Shown here piece by piece: positions 51,365 through 56,413 of a stretch of DNA of 56,413 nucleotides. The translations under genes were made by a program, and so were the position numbers. Every line of letters starts with the position of its first letter. Positions within the stretch are counted from its first letter, which is position 1. The notes below the pieces were generated by a model. It worked only from the letters and a program-made list of their open reading frames with translations, was not told where the DNA came from and did no database searches. The stretch is from Ruminococcus sp. (GTDB lineage Bacteria; Bacillota; Clostridia; Oscillospirales; Ruminococcaceae). The DNA is taken from NCBI GenBank assembly GCA_051893675.1, contig JBJFHO010000072.1:1-56413 (forward strand), read 5' to 3'.

Positions 51365-51874
51365 CTAATCCCGATGCCGCAGCAGTCCTCTTGCCACCAG
51401 ACCGACGCCGGCGGCGATCATGCCGAACATGACCACATACTGCCACAGACTCGCCGAAAGCGGCCGGAACCGCACCGATGTCAGCAGCGTCACCAGAATC
51501 GCCAGAATACCAATGGCAACCACGACCCAGCCGACCCACTTGTGATCCATGAAAAACAGCAGCCCGATACCGATCAGCAGCGGTACCAGCATCAATCCCG
51601 TGGCAACAGAAGTGCTCATCCCGAAGCTGCCCCAGAGACTGCCCCAGGAAAATGTCACCACAAAGGAATTCAACACCCAGTATACCCCTGCACCCAGCAG
51701 CACCAATCCGATGAGGAATTCCGCCAGCGGATGGGACGGCTTTTTCTCCACCGCAACGGATGGAGCACTTCTCGCTTTTTTTGCCTTTTTCCCATCCGAT
51801 GCCGACTGCTTCCCGGCCTGCTCCTGCTGCATTTCCTCCTCCAGCTTTTTCAGTTTGCGTTCCATTTCATCCAT
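51365..51874 (-). CDS. Small 3-4 TM membrane protein, function unknown
   Basis: Charged N-terminus then hydrophobic helices; SD AAGGGGG; own promoter TTGACA-17-TATCAT at 51901-51929. Confidence 0.7.
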   Translation of the reverse strand: MDEMERKLKKLEEEMQQEQAGKQSASDGKKAKKARSAPSVAVEKKPSHPLAEFLIGLVLLGAGVYWVLNSFVVTFSWGSLWGSFGMSTSVATGLMLVPLLIGIGLLFFMDHKWVGWVVVAIGILAILVTLLTSVRFRPLSASLWQYVVMFGMIAAGVGLVARGLLRHRD

Positions 51875-51961
51875 GTACGTCATCCCCCTTGTTTTCGTTT
51901 ATGATACCATAGTTTACAGTTTTTGTCAAGCAAACGAGAGCTACAGCTTTCTACTGCATAT

Positions 51962-54577
51962 TCACTGTGTCTCTTTTTCCCGTATCGTCTTTTTCCCCAT
52001 TTTCATCTGCGCCGCATATGCACGGATCGCCGCCTCTGCCTGCTCCACCTCATGATGGAATTCATCCGCCGACACACGCAGCGCACCGTTTCCCAGAATA
52101 ATCACCTGCTCCATGCCGTCCGATGTTGCCACACGTACCCGGTGCTCCCGACATAACTCGTGGGTTGTCTTTTCAATGTAGGAATCCGCCGTCTCCGACT
52201 CCTTCGTGTAGACAATGCTGATATTGCAATACTGTTCCACCTCCCGGTGCTGTCCCTTCACCTTGTAGGCGTCAAATACCAGAATCAGTTTGCACTGCCG
52301 GTAGCCGCAGTAATTGCACATCTGGTGGATGAGCCGGCTTCGTGCTGCCTCAAGACTGTCCCTTGCCAGATCTTTCAGCTCGTCCCATGCAAAAATAATG
52401 TTATAGCCGTCCACCAACAGATATTCTTCCCCGTCATAGACGAGATTTTTTTTGCCGTGATATGGCTCTGTCTCCTCCTTGGGCGTATACATTGCCTGCC
52501 GGGGATCCCGGTCGATCTTGCCGTAGGTACGCTCAAAGATCGCCATGAGTTCCTTGTCCTCCGCCAGACTGGATACATACCGTGCCGCCCGATTCACTCC
52601 GGATATGGACTCCTGCGGTTCCTCTTCCGATTCCGGCGTGTAACAGCTGGGAAGATGCATGTGCTCCTGCACCTTGTCCCATTTCACCGCAAATCCGGCA
52701 CCGTGGGCGCAGAAGATGGAATCCGCTGTATTTTCCACATCGCTGTCGCAGTCGTAGCCAATGGCGGCAATGACCTCCTCTGCATTCTGACAGGGCGCAT
52801 ACCCCTTCGGCGTACAGCCAAGCCGTCCCTTACCGTGGGTGTATCCGGTGACAATACTCTGATATCCACGCATGTTTGCCACAGGTGCACTGCCTGTCAT
52901 GACAGAACGCTCCCCATCCGTTTCCGGCGGCTGGAAATCTGCACCCATCTGCTGTAAATCCGTCATAGCTCTTCCTACGCATTCCGTGGGGAGTTCCAGC
53001 ACAAAGTCATACCACGGTTCCAGCAGCACACTCTTTGCACGGCGCAGACCATTGCGCACGGCACGATAAGTTGCCTGGCGGAAATCACCGCCCTCCGTAT
53101 GCTTCACATGGGCACGTCCGGCGCAAAGGGTGATTTTCATATCCGTAATAGGCGAACCTGTCAGCACGCCCACATGTACTTTCTCTCCCAGATGCGTCAG
53201 CACCAACCGCTGCCAGTTCCGGTCCAGATCATCCTCCCGGCAGTCGGATGCGAATTGCAGACCACTCCCCTGGGGCAGCGGTTCCAGAAGCAGGTGCACC
53301 TCTGCATAATGGCATAGAGGCTCGTAGTGACCCACGCCCTCCACCGGTTCGGCAATGGTTTCCTTATAGGTGATTTGTCCGGCGTCAAACTGCACCTCCA
53401 GCCCGAAGCGGTCGGCAATCAGCTTCTGGAGTACTTCCAGCTGTACCTCACCCATAAGCTGCATCTGAATCTGCTGGGCATGGGCATCCCACAGAAGATG
53501 GAGTGCCGGATCTTCTTCCTCCAGCTGGGACAGCTGTTTCAGGGCATCTGCCGGATGTACCTGTTTCGGCAGCCGCAATCCATAGCGCAGAATCGGTTCC
53601 AATACCGGCACAGCCCCATCCTGAACGGCACCAAGTCCCTGCCCGGCATAGGTTCTGGTCAGTCCCGTAACAGCACAGACCATACCGGGCAATACCATAT
53701 CCGCTGTCTGGAACTTCGCCCCGGCATAAATGCGGATCTGGCTGATTTTTTCCGTCAGCTGGGCACCATCCTGGGTAGTATAGGACACGGCGTCCCGGAC
53801 ATGGAGCTGTCCGCCGGTGACTTTCAGATAAGTCAGACGGCTGCCCTTTTCATCAGCAGCAATTTTAAACACCTGTGCACCGAAGGCGTCGGCATAGGTT
53901 TTCTCCAGCGTGTACCGATCCAGTCCCTCCAGAAAGGCATCCACGCCTTCCAGCTTCAATGCTGCGCCGAAATAGCAGGGCACCACCTGCCGCCGTGCAA
54001 TTCCCTCTGCCAGCTGTTTCCGGGAAATATTTCCCTGCTCCAGATAGGCATCCATCCATGTCTCATCATAGAGTGCCATGCGCTCGTAAAAGGCATCTGT
54101 GCCGTCATCGGAAAAATCCGCACAGCATTCCCCCAGCCGCTGTTTCAGATCTGCCAGCACTGCCTGCTTGTCCGCACCGCTGAGATCCATTTTATTGACA
54201 AAGAGAAACACCGGCACATGATAACGCTCCAGCAGTTTCCACAGCGTTTCCGTATGGCTCTGTACGCCGTCTGTACCGCTGATGACAAGGATGGCATAGT
54301 CCAGCACCTGCATGGTGCGCTCCGTCTCAGCGGAAAAGTCCACATGCCCCGGGGTATCCAGCAGTGTATATTCCGCACCGTTGTAGGCAATACATGCCTG
54401 GTGGGCAAAAATCGTAATGCCCCTGTCCCGTTCCATGGGATGGGTGTCCAGAAATGCTGTCTGGTGATCCACCCGTCCCAGCTTCCGGATCTCTCCGGTG
54501 CGGTACAGCAGTGCTTCCGACAGGGTGGTCTTTCCGGAATCCACATGGGCGGTGATTCCTATGATCAATCGTTTCAT
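51962..54577 (-). CDS. EF-G/TetM-like translational GTPase fused to a C-terminal NYN (YacP/Rae1) RNase domain
   Basis: AHVDSGKTT, RGITI, DTPGH, NKMD, EEEDP, GEVQLEV, LLEPWY; C-terminal LLVDGYNII, LVFDAY, ETADSYIE, VATSD. Confidence 0.88.
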   Translation of the reverse strand: MKRLIIGITAHVDSGKTTLSEALLYRTGEIRKLGRVDHQTAFLDTHPMERDRGITIFAHQACIAYNGAEYTLLDTPGHVDFSAETERTMQVLDYAILVISGTDGVQSHTETLWKLLERYHVPVFLFVNKMDLSGADKQAVLADLKQRLGECCADFSDDGTDAFYERMALYDETWMDAYLEQGNISRKQLAEGIARRQVVPCYFGAALKLEGVDAFLEGLDRYTLEKTYADAFGAQVFKIAADEKGSRLTYLKVTGGQLHVRDAVSYTTQDGAQLTEKISQIRIYAGAKFQTADMVLPGMVCAVTGLTRTYAGQGLGAVQDGAVPVLEPILRYGLRLPKQVHPADALKQLSQLEEEDPALHLLWDAHAQQIQMQLMGEVQLEVLQKLIADRFGLEVQFDAGQITYKETIAEPVEGVGHYEPLCHYAEVHLLLEPLPQGSGLQFASDCREDDLDRNWQRLVLTHLGEKVHVGVLTGSPITDMKITLCAGRAHVKHTEGGDFRQATYRAVRNGLRRAKSVLLEPWYDFVLELPTECVGRAMTDLQQMGADFQPPETDGERSVMTGSAPVANMRGYQSIVTGYTHGKGRLGCTPKGYAPCQNAEEVIAAIGYDCDSDVENTADSIFCAHGAGFAVKWDKVQEHMHLPSCYTPESEEEPQESISGVNRAARYVSSLAEDKELMAIFERTYGKIDRDPRQAMYTPKEETEPYHGKKNLVYDGEEYLLVDGYNIIFAWDELKDLARDSLEAARSRLIHQMCNYCGYRQCKLILVFDAYKVKGQHREVEQYCNISIVYTKESETADSYIEKTTHELCREHRVRVATSDGMEQVIILGNGALRVSADEFHHEVEQAEAAIRAYAAQMKMGKKTIREKETQ

Positions 54578-54603
54578 ATGGCACCGTGCCGGTTCTGCTG
54601 CAC
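54574..54603 (-). CDS. Candidate 9-aa leader ORF (MQQNRHGAI) coupled to the GTPase-NYN gene
   Basis: SD AAAGGGAGTG, 7 nt, GTG 54603; its TGA overlaps the main ATG (ATGA). Confidence 0.45.
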   Translation of the reverse strand: MQQNRHGAI

Positions 54604-54624
54604 GGCTTTTCACTCCCTTTTTTC

Positions 54625-54735
54625 AATTCGGAATGAGGAATTAGGAATGGCGGTGTTCGTACCCTTTGGGTACGAACAGATTGAAAAAATGTAAAGCAAT
54701 ACCATCATTCCTCATTCCTAACCCTCATTCTCATT
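54625..54735. repeat. Heptamer + hairpin element, copy D (two-armed)
   Basis: GGAATGAGGAATTAGGAATGGCGGTGTTCGTACCC-TTT-GGGTACGAACA ... ACCATC-ATTCCTC ATTCCTA ACCCTC ATTCTC ATT. Confidence 0.8.
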
Positions 54736-54761
54736 ATAACACAAATCCCCATCTACTGCAA
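54733..54761 (-). promoter_or_regulatory. Probable SigA promoter of the GTPase-NYN gene
   Basis: TTGCAG-17-TATAAT with TG extension. Confidence 0.55.
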
Positions 54762-54772
54762 GAGCGAGAAAA

Positions 54773-54863
54773 AGGAGCTGTTGCAGACAGTAAAAATCCA
54801 ACAGGGAAACGGTGCCTACATCGACCCGTTAACCAGGATTTTGCTGTACTTGCAACAGCCCCT
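54773..54863. repeat. About 90-nt imperfect palindrome (MITE-like or terminator)
   Basis: AGGAGCTGTTGCA-GACAGTAAAAATCC ... GGATTTTGCTGT-ACT-TGCAACAGCCCCT. Confidence 0.5.
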
Positions 54864-54884
54864 GTAATTTTTGAAGCTGTTTAT

Positions 54885-54930
54885 GGCAATACCGTGCAAA
54901 GCCGCCAGGCGCTCTTTGTGCGGTGTTGCC
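54885..54930. repeat. About 48-nt hairpin repeat, copy 3
   Basis: GGCAATACCGTGCAAAG-CCGCCAGGCGCT-CTTTGTGCGGTGTTGCC, abutting the stop codon at 54931. Confidence 0.85.
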
Positions 54931-56412
54931 TTATATCAGATCTTCCCAGCGGATATCCGTTATGCCCACGGATATTCTTGCATAGTAGCACAGAATCAGA
55001 TACGCATCATCTGCATCCACTGTGCCGCTCTGGTTCACATCTGCCTGCTGTACGACCTGTGCCTCCAATGCCGCATTTCCCTGGAAGGTATACGCTGTAT
55101 CTCCCACAGAATGCCGCGCATAATACACCAGCACCTGATATGCATCATCTGCATCCACATCGCCGTCCAGATCGACATCTCCACGCAGTCCGGTCTCTGT
55201 GGGTGTGCCGGTCGTCGTAGTCGTTGTCGGAGTAGTGCTCGTATTGGTACTGCCGGAAGTATCCGCAGTGGTATTCGTTGTCTCCGCCGCTTCCGGAATC
55301 ACAATGGTGATCGTATCCGTCTGTATGGGATCCTCCTGTACAATAACGATAACGCTCACGGTGCCGCTGTCCAGAATGGTAAGCACACCATTCTCGTCTA
55401 CTGTGGCAATGCTTTCATCGGTACTCTTCCAGATGAGATTCTTCGCATTGGTGGCATAAAGCAGGTGGAAGGAATTTCCCACATACAGCTGGGATTCATC
55501 CGGCTTGCCCAGCATGATATACAGTCCCGAAACGTTTATAGAAGTAGGTGTGGTGACGGTTGTTGTTTCCGTTGTACCAGAAGCTGTCGTATTCGTCGTA
55601 GTATCCGCTGACATGGTCGCAGATGTATCTGTCGTGGCGTCCGTTGTACCAGTCATGGTTGCGGTCGTCGTGGTTTCTTCTGTCGTATTTGTAGTTCCAG
55701 TCGTCTCCGTGGTACTTGTATCGCTTTCCATTTCCGGCGCAATGACAATAAAGCCGGGAATCAGTTTCAAAGTCAGCGCTTCATCCGATTCCGCTCCAGC
55801 TGTTCCGCCGTCCGTGCCTTTATGATCCAGATAAACGGCGTACATATCCCCGGGTTGGGCATCCTCACTTACAGTAAATGTCAGGGTGCACAGTGCCGTA
55901 CCCGTATAGTTCAGCAGATTGCCGTTTGCATCCATCTCCATACTCATAAAGGACAGCCAGACAGAATTGCCATCCGTCTCATTGACATCCGATGTAAACA
56001 CCAGATTTTCTGCATCACTCTCACAGCTTTCCAGCGTCAGATATGTCGTATCCCAGGAGGCGCCGAATGCCAGCTGACAGAATCCCGGATTAGCCGTTAC
56101 CTCAATGGGGACGGACACCTGAAAATCATTTTCCCGCAGTTCTTCCAGAGAAATCTCCACTCCGCCTGCCGCAACAGAGATGCTCTCTACCGGCTCGCTT
56201 TCTGTAGTTTCAGTTGTACTGATGGTATCCGTTGTGCCTGTCGTGGTATATGTGATATAGGTGGTTTCTGTTGCAGGAATTGTGATGTCGCTGGTTGTGA
56301 TCCATTCAGAAGTGGTGGTCATCATTTCCGTTACGGTTTCTGACATGGTGATGAAAATCTCGGAAGTTGTGGTCATCGACGTACTGGTGTCAGCTGTTGT
56401 ATCAGTGCGTGC
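54931..56412 (-). CDS. Scaffoldin-like protein, 5'-truncated by the window: Thr-rich linker, cohesin-like module, linker, Ig-like (Big_2), linker, dockerin
   Basis: Frame open to the window edge; VSVPIEVTANPGF...WDTTYL...LCTLTFTVSEDAQPGDMYAV; WKSTDESIATVDENGVLT; GDVDLDGDVDADDAY...ADVNQSGTVDADDAYLILCYYA. Confidence 0.75.
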   Translation of the reverse strand, partial: ARTDTTADTSTSMTTTSEIFITMSETVTEMMTTTSEWITTSDITIPATETTYITYTTTGTTDTISTTETTESEPVESISVAAGGVEISLEELRENDFQVSVPIEVTANPGFCQLAFGASWDTTYLTLESCESDAENLVFTSDVNETDGNSVWLSFMSMEMDANGNLLNYTGTALCTLTFTVSEDAQPGDMYAVYLDHKGTDGGTAGAESDEALTLKLIPGFIVIAPEMESDTSTTETTGTTNTTEETTTTATMTGTTDATTDTSATMSADTTTNTTASGTTETTTVTTPTSINVSGLYIMLGKPDESQLYVGNSFHLLYATNAKNLIWKSTDESIATVDENGVLTILDSGTVSVIVIVQEDPIQTDTITIVIPEAAETTNTTADTSGSTNTSTTPTTTTTTGTPTETGLRGDVDLDGDVDADDAYQVLVYYARHSVGDTAYTFQGNAALEAQVVQQADVNQSGTVDADDAYLILCYYARISVGITDIRWEDLI

Positions 56413-56413
56413 A

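Noticed and set aside
51962-54577. Acquired tetracycline resistance gene (tetM/W/O)
   Set aside because: Lacks the YSPVSTPADFR loop, carries an extra NYN domain, and has no transposon context

Overview
About 56 kb of chromosome from a Ruminococcus-like (Oscillospiraceae, Bacillota) organism; the taxon is inferred from gene content and dockerins. The backbone is housekeeping and transport: znuACB-type Zn ABC, a YtrA/GntR-controlled ABC exporter, metY, luxS, rnj-gdpP-rplI-dnaB-tilS-hpt-ftsH, an AGCS symporter, ydbST-like genes, a GH73 autolysin, MarR plus a heterodimeric ABC exporter, eno, metG, sbcDC and trmO. No rRNA, tRNA, CRISPR array, transposase or prophage was found. Three layers stand out. 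(1) Seven dockerin genes with no carbohydrate-active cargo: a BspA-type LRR protein, three paralogues of one unrecognised family, an NlpC/P60 peptidoglycan hydrolase, a free 89-aa dockerin next to a V8-like protease, and a cohesin+dockerin scaffoldin-like protein. These show signs of dockerin-cassette homogenisation, a poly(A)18 promoter tract, tandem Spo0A-like boxes and XRE operators. (2) An EF-G/TetM-like GTPase fused to a Rae1/YacP NYN ribonuclease, preceded by a coupled 9-residue leader ORF. (3) Several families of small palindromic or heptamer intergenic repeats. All calls come from motifs read by eye; no searches were run.
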